Notes: generated by a model from the letters alone, not told the origin. A DNA stretch of 64,000 bases from Selaginella moellendorffii (GCF_000143415.4 NW_003314333.1:124001-188000), one strand, 5' to 3'. Positions 36,041-49,100 are shown, counted from the first letter of the stretch. Translations and numbers: made by a program.

Positions 36041-38832
36041 TATGAACGGTGGTGTTAAGGATGTGTGGTTTGGAGAGGGAGTTCAACCTCCAGTTGTTAT
36101 GCTCTCTATTACATCTTTGAATGTAGCACACCTTATCTCTCTCCCCTTAAGCCAACTGGAAAAGGCGCAATTGCTTGATGAAAGAGCCCTTAGTGGCTAT
36201 TTTATCCCCATTTATCCCTCAAGGTTCCAAGGATCCACTGTAACAGTATATCCAAATCTCATCCCATGATCACATGCGTTACACTCACCCCCCCTTTCAG
36301 AGATGTCAATGTCCTTATTGACTATTGACTAATAATCCCTATTGAGCCAAGGGGAATCAGCACCTCCATTTCCGCACTAAATCTACCAATCCTTCCATTG
36401 TGTAGACCAGCTATTCCATGTGAGGCAACTAGTCATCCACCCGTACCGCAGTCCCACGGTGGATACCTTCGTCCGTGGATACTCCACACAAGAGGAAGGA
36501 CGTATGTATGGATGCCCAATACGTACGATTTCAAATTTAGGGGTAGGAATATACTTTGTTCAAGGGTATATTATATTTTTAAGTAGCCACTAATCAATGA
36601 GAATCGAACCCATGCCATTTGCTCCGATACCAACTATAACGCACCTTATCTCTCTCCCCTTAAGTCAACTGAAAAAGGGGCAATTGCTTGATGAGAGAGC
36701 CCTTAGTGGCTATTTTATCCCCATTTATCCCTCAAGGTTCTAAGGATCCACGGTGATAGTATATCCAAATTTCATCTCATGATTACATGTGTTACATTGA
36801 AGCAGGCTTGTTGTAATGAAAAAGCACTTTCAAGTTACTGCTATTTATTCTTGACTTGGGGGACCAAGGCATGTGTGGGGGAGAAGTAAAAGTATGGGAT
36901 GTACTCAACGAGTTTTTTTATGTTTTTCCATCTGAACTTCCTTATGAGTTGCCTCCATTATGAGGTGTGGAGCATGGGATTATGTTGGAGCGGGGGACAT
37001 AACCAATTTACAGGTGTTCATTTCGGTTAAGTTATGTGGAGGAGCAAGAAGTTTAACGAAAAGTCAAAAAGTTATTTGAGTTTGGATTTATTTAGCCAAG
37101 TAAGTCTCCATTTGGTGCTTTTAGTGAGACACATTTAATACTCCACTTTATCTCTAGATCCACCTTCACAAACTATGGCATTCCAAGACTGAGATCCATA
37201 CAATGGATATTCGTGAGATAAAAAGTCTCCTCAAGTGTGGTTTTGCTAACCAACACTTCCAACCCCACTACAGAAGTATCAAAATGCTGAGCAGAGGTAA
37301 CTACACCTTCCACCATATATGGAAGAACGCCTTGTGTCACTAGGCCATGCTCCACAACAAATTTTGCTAAAACAAAGTTGTCATCACTCCCATTGTCCAA
37401 TAAAATCTGCACTAGACCGCCATGGAACACACCCTCTAGCATTAAAGCTGATTTACGAGTATCCTCGAGCTCCATCTTGTTCCACACACAGTTGAGTTGA
37501 TGAGCAACGATTGAAAGCCTCTTCCTACGACTAGAATGGTTGTCCCCATCATCTTCAAGCTACAAAGTTTACAACTTTTTAATATCTGACTTACCATCAA
37601 TAGAAGATTGGCCATTCTTCTTGCCCTATTGCTTGTTCTTCAACTGTGGACAATCAGCCTTGTAGTGTCTAAGCTCGCTGTAATGATGACAGCCTTATCT
37701 ATAATTCTTCACAAAGAACTTTTGCTTCTTTGACCCTTTTGCATCTACAGTACTCACCACAGACTTCAACTTGTGATGCTTGTTACTATCCTTGTGTCCA
37801 CAATGATCATCATGATGATTCTCAACAAAAGGACTTAGTGAACGCTTGCGAGACTTGTGTTTGTCATTGTCAAGTTAATGAGCCATATCAAAGAGCTCCT
37901 CAAAATTGTTTGTAGGCTGAGAATAACACAAGTGTTGCTGCATGCTCTTGTTATAAAGGCCATCAATGAAGTAGGACTTATTCTGATTTGGATCCTTCAT
38001 TGGAACACTACTAATCGAGTGAGTAAGCTTCTCAATATAGTATTTTCCCTTGTTGGAAATGTCGAAGTTTGGTGCAAGCTTTCTTCATATTGTAATAAGG
38101 GGAAAAACATAAATGGAAAGCAACCTCAAACTCATCCATAGTAGACACTGGTGGTTTCTTATCCGCAACACGAGACTCCTCAAGCCAATTCCACCACTGA
38201 AATCCCACATCACGTGAAACCATTGGAATAGCCACTAAAGCCTTTGCATCTAGAGTTCCCCTAGCAGCAAAGAACTTCTTCACATTAGCTAGCCAAGTGA
38301 GACACTCGTCCACACCACCATCATTGGAAAAGGTTGGAAGCTTAAGTCGATCTACCAAAGAAGGCTTACTTAGAGTGCTATTACGTCCAGCCTCGAGTGC
38401 CTCAACACGCCCATGCATGGTATCCATCATGCCATGCATCTCATCTTGCATCTCTTGTTGATTTCAGTTAAGGGCTTGCAACTCATGAACAACATCTTAA
38501 ATGGTCCAAACCTTCGCAACTCCATCGGCACCATCATTAGCACTACCATTGACAATAGGATTCTAGCATTTAGCTTGGTTAGCTATCACATCCAACTGCT
38601 CTAATACTAATGTTATGATTTGGCACAAAAAGACAAAGATATAGTCTTCCTAGACTACACTACACCTCCTCTTGAGGTTCTTCACCATCCAACCACCTCT
38701 AAGTTACCTCAAAAGCTCCACTGTGGCACCACTCTATTGTTAGGTTAAATCCCTTACACTAACATGCCTTAATGTACCCTTGAGCCTCTCTTTGACTGAC
38801 ATTGACCATGTGGTCAAAGCTGGCGCCTAACA
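36041..38832 (-). mobile_element. Decayed gypsy element H: 5' LTR 38611-38832, PBS, gag, protease; RT start lies on the opposite strand
   Basis: PBS complement CTCTAATACTA near 38600. gag LKLPTF...FQWWNW; PR LLDNGSDDNFV...LSLGMP. On the + strand ELPYELPP...PSKSPFGA at 36930-37120. Confidence 0.8.
36122..36796 (-). mobile_element. Complete TRIM, family D: 162-bp LTRs, PBS, PPT, TSD TTGAA
   Basis: LTRs at 36122-36283 and 36635-36796. PPT complement CTCACCCCCCCTTTC at 36284. PBS complement GCTCCGATACCA at 36621-36632. TTGAA on both sides. Confidence 0.95.
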
Positions 38833-39250
38833 TTATGGGACAAAATTTGTTTGTGGGATTAATTGGAGAGAGCTGCTTAAAGCTCTAGAGTCCACTGTGA
38901 ACAATCCCAAAGCTCTTAAGCAATATATACCCCTATAACAGCATGTCTTGTAAAGTGGCCTATGTAGCATAAGATCATTCTTCTTACTAAGCTAAGAAGG
39001 GTAAATGATGTTTACTTCCTCTTTAGGGTCTGGGTAGTTTTTGAGTTGAACTCAAGTCAATGAAAGTCAACAAAAGTCAAAGGAAGTCAATACAATCCCC
39101 TAACTAGCAAAAGTTTAATGGCACTACCTTAGTTCATCTCAAACTAAGAATTTTTAACTTAAAATTTAGGTGTTTAAGATATTTCATAAGCTTATGTAGA
39201 TTATTGGTTTGACACTAATCTTTTAGTCTATAAAGAAAGAAAATAATATA

Positions 39251-42200
39251 TTAAACAACATAATTAATATTAAAATGAACATATTTAGTTTCCATGTCAA
39301 GAAAGGCAGAAATGGGTATAGTGAAATGCTCCTTCACTATAGGCTCGTGTTGTATGTAATGTTGTGCCATGCATTTAGCATAAATAGGTAAGTGAAAATT
39401 GACTTTGATCCATATGATCATCCATATCATCAGGATCAAATGTGTGGACTAAAACACCATGTGTGACGTGTGAACCTAATGACATAGAAACATTTGAGAA
39501 TAAATATTATATATTACTTCAAACACTAACATCATCTATCTCAAAATCTCCCAAGAATATCCTTAAAGGCACTCTTTTTCTCAAGTGCAAAAACAGCTCA
39601 GCCTATCTCTTTTGCTATTTGCACCATCGACCCAACCCACCACAATGGAAGTGGATGTGGAAGGTGTAGCGAAGTTGTTCTTCAAACAAGTGGTTCGAGT
39701 GCAGGGAAGGCCAGAAGAGAATCCTACTATAGCATCAAGCACAATCCCCTTTGGCAGAAAAAATAACTCCAACAAGATTTGCATGGCCATGACCGAACAG
39801 TGTTCAATAGCCAGGGAACGTTGGGTGAAGAACTTCCAAGTCAATCACATTTGAGATGATATCTGTAGAGTTGTCACATCCTGGCAAAGCAAGAGCAGCA
39901 TACTTGTCATCTCGTCTGGCCTTACAGCAATTCCCAATGTGGCAGCATGGTAGTTCCAGGAATAAACCTAGAAAAAATAATGAATAGAGTTAATTTGTAA
40001 ATAAAGAAGTCACTCACCTTCCACTTCTGTGTTTTTTGTGTCCACCACCATACTCAAAAGAAGGCAGGTAGATGAAAACTCCACAAATCCATCATTGTTG
40101 TTGGCCAAGTGTATGGTTGGTCCCGACTGTTCCGAACGCTGACCTGCTGACCAGCTGACCGTGGTTATCGACTGGCTGTGAAAATGCTAAACGGCCAAAC
40201 GGTTCACAAAATATTTTTGATAAAAAAACACATTTTTAGTAAAACCACATTAATAAAAGTTAGAAAACTAAAGCATTAAACCAAACCAAACCAACTACTA
40301 CTCATTTTCTTCAACATTTTTGGCAAGTCCTTTGACATCTCTAGCATTTTTCTCAACAATTACATCCTCATTTGGAAGATCTTCTTCGGCTAAATCTTCT
40401 ATACCAAGAGATTCAAACCTAGCTAACATACATTTTTCCACAATAATTACATTTTCAATGCCCAGCTCCTTTGCTGGAAGCATAAGAAGTGAGCTTGGTA
40501 ACATGGGACCATGCCCAATCAGGTGCCATTGCTCAATTGTGCCAGAATCACTAGAATCAAATGGAATCATAATTTCCATTTTAGGGCAAAAATTTCAAGC
40601 ATCACGGACTGGGCGATTTGTGAGGCCTCAGCGAGCTGCTCCACGCTCAATCAAAAGCAGAGGCTGACCAACTAGAGAGTGTCGCCTTGTAGAGCTCGGT
40701 ACGCACGCAGCTCCTATAGGCTATAGCCCTCTTTCTCAGATTCTATGTAGGCTTGCTGGGCTGGGCATTCGTGGATGGATGGATCGCTCCATAGCAGTAG
40801 GAGAACAGCAAAGTAGTGGAGATGCAATGGCGATGGCGATAGCCACAGCAGCATCAGAAATCTAGCCCCTGCCAGCATGATCACCATTTTTTTCGCCGAA
40901 CAGAATCACCAAATGGAGCTGTCCGACTGCATTCTGCCAACCGCGTTCGGCGGTGGTCGGGATTCCGGCTGAACACAATCAGGACCAACTATGGCCAAGT
41001 GTGTGAGAAGGCCTTCCCATATTAAAGAGCGAGGAAGGATCATGACAACCACACCCTCATATGTTATGAAGCTACTCACAACTTATAAGGCTTGGGAAAT
41101 GTGTTAGACTTGCAACACATTCCATGATGGAGTATCCCTATGCGGTGGTGACATCCCATCAGGAAGATTGAAAAAGATGAAATTGATCTTCTCATAAGGC
41201 ATGAGCTGACTTAAGCTATGGATCCACTGATCAAGCATGTAGAGCTCCCGATTAGTAGCATCTAAAAGCTGCGTATAATCTCCAATGAGAACAACAACTT
41301 CTCCAATATTGGCTGTTGGGGATAGAGGGCAAACTTGCAAAAATAATTATTAGAACTAGAAGTTAGAAATAAAATTCATGCTTACTAATATATTTGTGCA
41401 TAGCTGCAGAGGAGAGCTCTTCCAAGTTGTTGTTGTAGCCATACTTAAGGATGGGAAGAACGTCTTAGTCCATTGAGAAGACTAGTAGCTACTCTCTACA
41501 ATGTAAAAAAAAGTGAAGTAAAAAATGTTTTAAAAAATGTTCCAAATCAAAGTCTTTACTCTCATCAAAGGCTTTATCAACCAAGTTTTACTTATTTAGT
41601 CTCTATAAAGCCATAGAGTCCAGTTTTGATATGCTCAAAATTAGAAAAGAGCAAAAGAAGGCCAAACTGAAGCTCGAGTCTGTATCTGTGGTGGTCCATG
41701 TAGTCAAGGTCCCTAATCGGGAGTTTGAGGGACTCAGGGAGGTACATGTTCTATCACTCTAGGCCAAGTGATGCTAGAGCCACATTGGTGGTTTCCAAGT
41801 CCATTCATCTTCACCAACCTCACTTCCAAGTCTAAAGAACTACCAAAGAGCATATTCCTAGGTGATTTTCATTCGTTTCCTCTTTTTACCAGCATGTCCA
41901 CTTTGGATGCTAGTGCAACAATCAATCAGGACCAGACCTTTGAGATTGTTGCCCGAGCCGACAGGTTCTTATCATTGAACGTCCTGGTGCAGCAAGCCTT
42001 CCAGATCTCTACTAAAGTACATCCTGGGAGTGTATAGTAGATAGTGTCATTTAGCTTCCACCATTGATGAGGTGATGTGTGGTTATTTATAATGTCTCAA
42101 GGCACGCTTGGCAGGCTTTGTGGAAGGCAATTTGAAATTTTCACATCCTATGTTTTGAAACATCCAAGCTATAGAAGGCTTTGATCTAGTCGCAGTTGTT

Positions 42201-42450
42201 GGCCGTTTAGTGCTCTTGGATCATGGTATCAGCCTCTACATATGTGCACAGGCCCGCTTTGTGTAGGTCCCTGTAGGTTTGGTCCAAGCCTCTATCTTCC
42301 AATTCACTTAGCATTTTTACCTTGACCTGGAACCATTTGCTAAGGAAAATTGGCTGTTGGTCCAGTTGTTCCTTGATCTGCAGCTGTTTGCATTATAATT
42401 TGGACTTAAGTTGATACTAGACCTTGAAAAGCTTCCCCGTGGGAAGTTTA
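39251..42450 (-). pseudogene. Methyltransferase-like gene, copy 2, disrupted by a hAT and by filler DNA
   Basis: VVLIGDY...KINFIFFNLPDG...PSWNVL...YEGVVVMILPRSLIWEGLL...FVEFSSTCLL, then intron 39968-40017, then AMQILLELFFLPKGIVLDAIVGF/GSMVQIAK...AVFALEKK. Confidence 0.78.
40112..40993. mobile_element. Non-autonomous hAT-type element, 8-bp TSD GCCAAGTG
   Basis: TIRs TATGGTTGGTCC and GGACCAACTATG. TSD at 40104-40111 and 40994-41001. Excision restores the host frame (LTHLA-NNND). Confidence 0.9.
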
Positions 42451-45400
42451 ATTCTTGTTGTGTGTTGCAATGGTTCGGAAGAAGTCTACTTTTGATCCTA
42501 TAAGCTTCTCATATAAGTCTTTATTTCCATTTCCAATCTCAACCAATAATCCACCTTCACCTCTACGTAACAATTTTCCTTTTCATTTTGAGGGTTGTTG
42601 TGAAGATTTTCCATTTACGACCTCACGTGCAATTGAACAAGAATTCCTTTCTTATGATGTTGTTGAATAGTTGAACTGCCTCTAATACTCCAAGAGTGAT
42701 ATCAACATTTTCTTCAAGATCTTGTTTCAAATATGGCAAGAGTGCTTGATGTAAATACTTATTATCTTCAGTATCCTATGTGCTACTTTTATTTGAACAA
42801 GACAAATGATTGCATGTGTTTGGTAAATTTTCTTGAGCACTATTGCAAATGTCCAAGAGTAAGTTTGGAAGGTTTGCAAACATTGATGTACAAGAAAATC
42901 AAAAAAGAATAAAAAACACATAGCTATTATGATTTTATATTGAAGAACCATATTCCATTGGTGAACACCATTAGTGAGTGCTAAATATAAGATATTTAGG
43001 CCACCCTTTAATGTAATATGAAAGTCATACATAATTTTTTCAAAAGTTTAGTTCATAATGAGTAAAGTAGAGAATTTTATATTTTCAAAAATGATAGTAT
43101 TCTAGCATGTGTAAAGACATTATTATGTATACAAGTGGTTCTAACATTGTTATAATTTTGAGGTCCCATGTTTTAGACTGATAATTTAAACTTTGAAGAA
43201 CCCCTAGATCTTTGCTTAATATAAATATTGACAAGGGATGCTTTTAACATTGAAAATTCAGTTTGTTTAGAGTGTAGGAATGGTTAGTAAAATGTTATTA
43301 CTACTTGCTCTTGGTCCTCATGAATTTTGTATAAATCTCCACCTCCATCTTTAACTTTTACTAATATTCCACTCCACATAACAATTGTTGTAAGGCTTTT
43401 CCTTTTGTAACCTCAAGTGCAACTAAGCAAGAGATCCCTCTTCCAGATAATGTTCAAGATATTGTTACTATAGATAGATTGCCTCATGTGCTTCAAGAGT
43501 AATGCTAGATATTTCTTTGAAATCTTGCTTTGGATACGGCTAAAAATTTTGAAAGAATGAACATATATTATTTTTAGTGTCCCATATGCTATTTTTATTT
43601 GGATAAGATGAAAGGTTGCATAGGTCTGAAAACGTTTCTAGAACACTATCACAACTGCCTAAAAATTGGTGTGGAAGATGTGCATACATAGATGTATAGG
43701 AAAATCAAGAAAGAGTTAAGAATACACAACCATATCGCTTTATGGTGAGGAGTAATATTTTGTTAATAAATACTACATTTACAAGTGCTGAATATGGTAT
43801 TTTTAGGCCTACATATCAATGTGATAATGATAGTGACAGTGACAATGTTAGTGTCAAAGATATTAACAATGACAGTGTTAGTATCAAAGATAGTTACAGT
43901 GTTAGTCTATCAAATTTCATAATAATGAATATTATAAAGATGTATTACTTTCTTCTATGGGATGGAGAGGCTAGTAGAGCTATAATACATATTGGTACGC
44001 ACACACATCCAATATAGGAAGGGATACAAAAGAGTTCAGTCAACCGTTTCAAAGATGTAGTGCAAATAAAGATTGTGAGAAACTCATCTGCAACTCCGAA
44101 ACATGTTCAAAAGACAGTATTGAAAGATTTTATCGCAAGCACCCTACTCGATCCAAATGGCAAGAAGACTCAATTTGATGAGGCTAGCTTGTAGGAGTTA
44201 CTACAAATCATGCAACATGAAACTAGCCTTAGGAGGTAAGAAAATAATATTACATACTTTTCAATAATATCTCTCTTACATTTTGTTTTATTTAGGATAA
44301 AATCTTATATATATAAATCTCGAGAGGGGAAACTCCAGTAAAAAATTGATCTTATCCTTGAACTAAAATGGACCTGTCCCTACGAGTTTATTTATAGGAG
44401 ATTATTTCTAAATCAAGTTGTTAGTGAGTAAGGGTGCCAGCTCTTTGGCTATTCTTTAAATCTTGAAGCAAGGCTAGCAGATGAATGGACATGGAAACCA
44501 CCACTATGGCTTTTGCACCATTTGTCCAAAAGCAACGGAATGTGTACCTCCATAAGTCCCTTGAACTCCCCACCAGAGACTTCGACCACATGGACCATGA
44601 TGGATACGGACTCAAGCTTCAGTTTGGCTCTGGCCCCCTCACCCCCCATGATAAAGGAAAAAGTCAGATGGAAGGAATATTTGGCAGCACAAGTTCAAAC
44701 ATCAAAATGCTGCTAAGTCCCAAATAGTTGGACTCAAGGTCTAACTGCCCAAGTTCCAACCCAACAACTCCAACTTCAGTTTCTCAGTGATCTCTGTTCG
44801 ACACTCTACAACAGCAACTCTACAATAGACTCGAACACCGGACGGGTACAAATGACCTGGAAGCGGTTACCAGGAGCGGTTGCCAGATGACGACATCCGT
44901 ACTGCAGACACAAACCCGAAAGGACCATGGCAACAAGCATGGACACGGTTGCCAAGGACTTAGTATAAAAAGGCTAGTTGTGAGAGTGGGAATTTTATCC
45001 CATCTCTACTTTGCACAAAGGAAAGCTTTGTAAAACTTTTCTTTATCAACTGCTTGTGAGATTTGACTTCCTACTCTGTGTTTTGGGATCGACACCAAGA
45101 TGCATTTAGTTTTCACTCAGTTTTACTTTCTGTTGTACCAATGCATTCACTTGTTCTGGGTTTTTGTTGATTCTGTGGCCTGTGCCATCCTTACCCACCT
45201 TCAGTTCTGTTGACGGCCAAATTCTTAGTGCGGATCGATAAGTTGTACGACCGGCCAATCGTGTAGCCTCTCTTTCTATTCTTGTCGGACTTGTAATCCG
45301 ACTGGCGACCAAATACTCAACTGAGCCAACCATTTTGCGATTTCACCATTCCAACCCTTTTTCCCTTTTCCCCTTTGTTTCCTTCTTTTCTACGTAACAC

Positions 45401-46113
45401 CCATTTTTCCATGTTAACACATGGCGACCACGGTGGGATGGTTGTCACAGAATCTGCATTTTCTTTTTCAGTTTTCTCTTTCATGCATGCTGAAAAATTC
45501 TGGAAAAATCTCTTTTACTGATCAGTCGTTTTGAGGAATCGGCGAGGAAAGCCGAAGACCTGCGTAGAAGCCCGAGGAAGGAGCAGCGGAGAGAATTGGA
45601 TTGGAGACATTTGCAACAGAGCATCACAAGCACCGTGACAAGCAGTTCTGATTGCGGAGTACCTGGCGGCAATGTGGAACGTCGTGTCTAGCAGTCCCCC
45701 TTACACGAAGAATTATGAGGTATGCGGGAAATACCTCCTGAGGTAAAAGCTCGACAGGAAGATGAGCGAAAAGCACATTCGAAGAAGAGAGACGCGTTGA
45801 GAGAAGTTGAAGCTATCAAGCTCTGAGAGAGAAGGTGACTCAAGGAAGAGGAAGCCAAAGAGCAGGACAGGATAACTCAAGAACAAGCTCAGCTTGACCA
45901 AGAGCGAGCTCAGGGAAGAACCGAAACCGGAATTTTAGTGGGGCAAACCCTAAAGAATATTCAGGATTCCAGAAGAGGGAGAGGACTGGTATACGAAAGG
46001 TACAAGCACAATAGTGAAGAAAGGGAGCCCACCAGAAGAAGGAGCTTTGTAGATCGATTTAAAGATTCATCTTTGGGGAGGATACTCAGCTCGGTTGGAA
46101 GTATCTTCGGGAG

Positions 46114-49100
46114 TGTTGGGGGAAGGAGGGGCGCCTCCCCCAACACTCACTCAAACATGAGAAATGCTTCAATGCTCTTCGCAAAATGCCCCCTTTGCCC
46201 TTGTAAGGCAAGGGTTTTATACAAGGATGATAGGGAATATTCTAAGGATCAGAATATTCCCTCTCTCGCTCTCTCACTCTCTCAATGGCCACGCCCTAAC
46301 ATGCAACTACGGTGGATCGTGCTGGCTCCAGACGCGCAAGAACCCGTTGAAGAGTGTAGAGTGTACCTCTGCTACTGATGCCAAGTGCTAGTAGCTGTGT
46401 GAAATAGTAGAAACTGTAGAAAACAAAGTGGAAAAGAAAGAAAAGAGGTAGGTGTGAAGTTTGGAGATAGGGAGGAAAACCCGGTGGGAAACCCTGTAGT
46501 CAAACTGGACTCTGAAGTTGAAAAAAAAGTGTAGAAAAAGTGTGAAATGAGGAGGAAAATAGAGGAAAAAAAAATTTAAAAAATGTGAGTACCCAAAGAA
46601 CTTAACCTGTACCTGGATTTTGGCTCAGGAAAGTGTAATATGCAAATGCAGCCTCTTAATGACTTCTAGTATGCTCGAAGGATTGGCCGACTTCGAGAAA
46701 GAAAGAGAGGTAGAAGAGGGGATGCATTGCCCAAGGGTGGTAAGTATGGAAATGATGAAAGATGGAGTGATATGGTGGAGCACCGACATGGTGGTGGCAC
46801 TCTGAAAAAGGTAGCCATTGATAACTGTTGACCCGTAGAGTAAGCACTGACCACTCGGAGTAGTTGGTAACCAGTAACCAGTAACCAATAGCCGGGTACC
46901 TATAACCGGTAACCCCCCCTACTCTCGCTCCTACTCTTGCGCCTGCTCCAGCACCGATATGGTGGAGTGATATAGTGGAGCGTTGAGACGGTGGTGGCAC
47001 TCTGAGAAGGTACGTCCAAATGAGGTGGGTGTCTGTTGCTGCTGGTGTATGTATGTGTGTCTGTGGTATGGTGTAAATGTGACCTCAAGCGGAGATGTGA
47101 ATAATGGTGAAAGAATGAAAAATGCAAGACGGGCATCTAGAGATAAGTTTGGGCAACGCTGTTGGAAGTGATTGGTGATGGAACTGTTAGTGTAGATGAT
47201 ATGGAATGAGTGAGGGGAATGTGTGGGGTGTAGTAATGGTAAGGGAAGGGTCAAAGAGCCTGGAACATAGACCGAGCCAAGTGAGGAACCTCCATACAAA
47301 CGGCAATGCAGCCTGAGCTTGAAATCCAAGGCATGGGCCATGGTCCAATGGAGAAACACCCTTTGAAAGTAAGAAAAGTAGCCATGAAAGTAAAGTGAAA
47401 GAAAGGAAAAAAAAGAAAAAGAAAAAGAAAAAGAAGAGAAGAGGAATGCTTCACCGGATGAACTATTTGAGATGAGAGTGGTTGTGAGCGTGTGGGAGCT
47501 CATATCCATCAGCATCAACTAGCACATATGCTCCACCTCCTATGTGTCGCTAGACAAAATAGGGGCTGGTCCAGCGAGGGCAGAACTTCGAAGGTGGTGT
47601 GAATTCCTTGAGTAGAACAAGATTGCCATCCTCAAATGGTTCAGCAGATAGCTGGTGATCAATGACTGACTTGATCTTCTGCTTGCCTCGAGCATGGTCC
47701 AATATGGATCATTGCTGTTCTTCCAAGGCAAGAACCTCCAAGTCACGTGCATGAAGCTTGTCCTCATCGCTAAGCTGCATCGCTGCTGCGTATCAAAGTG
47801 AAAGTGAGAGCGATGGCACCTGGATCTCCACTGGAAGCACGGCCTCTGTCCCATAGACAAGGGAGAATGGGGTTGCGGAGATGGACGTTTTGAAGGATGT
47901 CCGAAAGGCCCACAATGCCGTAACCAAGTGCTCGTGCCAACGCCTTGGGTGATCCTCCATAAGCTTTGATATGATTGTCTTCAATATCTTGTTGTTGGAC
48001 TCGGCCTGGCCATTGCACTCAGGATAATAGCTGCTTCTCTTCACGTGCTTGACCTGCAGCTGCTGAAGAAGATGCTGCATCACCTGTCCAAGGAAGCCGC
48101 TACCACGATTGGAAACCAAAATGGCAGGGACTCCGAATCGGCAAATGATGTACTTGTAGACAAACTTTGCTATAGACTGTTGATCTGCCTGTCGTAGAGG
48201 GGTGGCCTCAACCCATTTTGTGAAGTAGTCCGTTGCCACAATGATGTATCGCTGTCCTTTTGAGCTCGGTGGGTTGATCGGGCCGACGAAGTCAAGTCCC
48301 CACTAGAAAAAGGGACCCGGAGAAGTAATGAGCTGGAAAGGAAGATATGGAACATGGCTCTGGGGGTTGAACTGTTGGTACTGCTCACATGCCTTTGCAT
48401 AGGCTAAGCTGTCCTGGTGAATACAAGGCCAAAAGTAGCCATGGCGCAAGAGGAGTTGTGTTGTGACCCGTCCCAAGAAATGCCCGGCACAAGAGTGGAA
48501 AGTGTGAAGGAGCTCAGGGACCTCGTGTTCACCCACACACCACAACAAAACTTCCTAAGAAGTCCTCCTGTAAAGGTGTCCGTCGAGAAGGTAAAACCCC
48601 CATGCTCGGATCTCCAATGCCTTCTGTTGTACTGTTGAGGAATCCACTGGGAACTGACCTGAATCCAGGTACACCGCAATGTCCTGTAATGCTGCTGGGA
48701 CCACAAAGGAAGTAGCTTCAGCAACCAGGAACTCACTCGGATCCATCACACACTTCTGCCACATGTGAAAAGTTGGCTGGAACCCTTGGATGGTCACAAT
48801 CCAAGATAAAGTATGAGGACTTTGAACCGGTCGCTGTAAAAGAAAGGTCAGAACATTAAAATAGACATGGAAATGGATACAGGCTCCAGCGAGAAAGTGA
48901 CGAAATCGCTCCAAGGTGTAAACAATAGCCACTGCTTCTTTTTCCGCATCCACGTACTTCTTCTCTGTCTCCTTGAACAAATGTGAGGCATAGTATGTTG
49001 CATGTGGTGGTGTGCTAGGCTGTGAACATTGGCAAAGGCATACTCCAAAAGCCTCTGTACCCGTTGTGATGTAAATGTCAAAAGGAAGTTGTCGTTCTGG

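Larger units (their letters stand above)
39026..44418 (-). mobile_element. Element E2: second, diverged copy of element E
   Basis: Terminus GGGTCTGGGTAGTTTTTGAGTTGAACTCAAGTCAATGAAAGT preceded by TTA, with AAAGTCAA subterminal repeats. Same gene at a similar distance from the terminus. The right boundary is assumed at the LTR F insertion. Confidence 0.62.
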
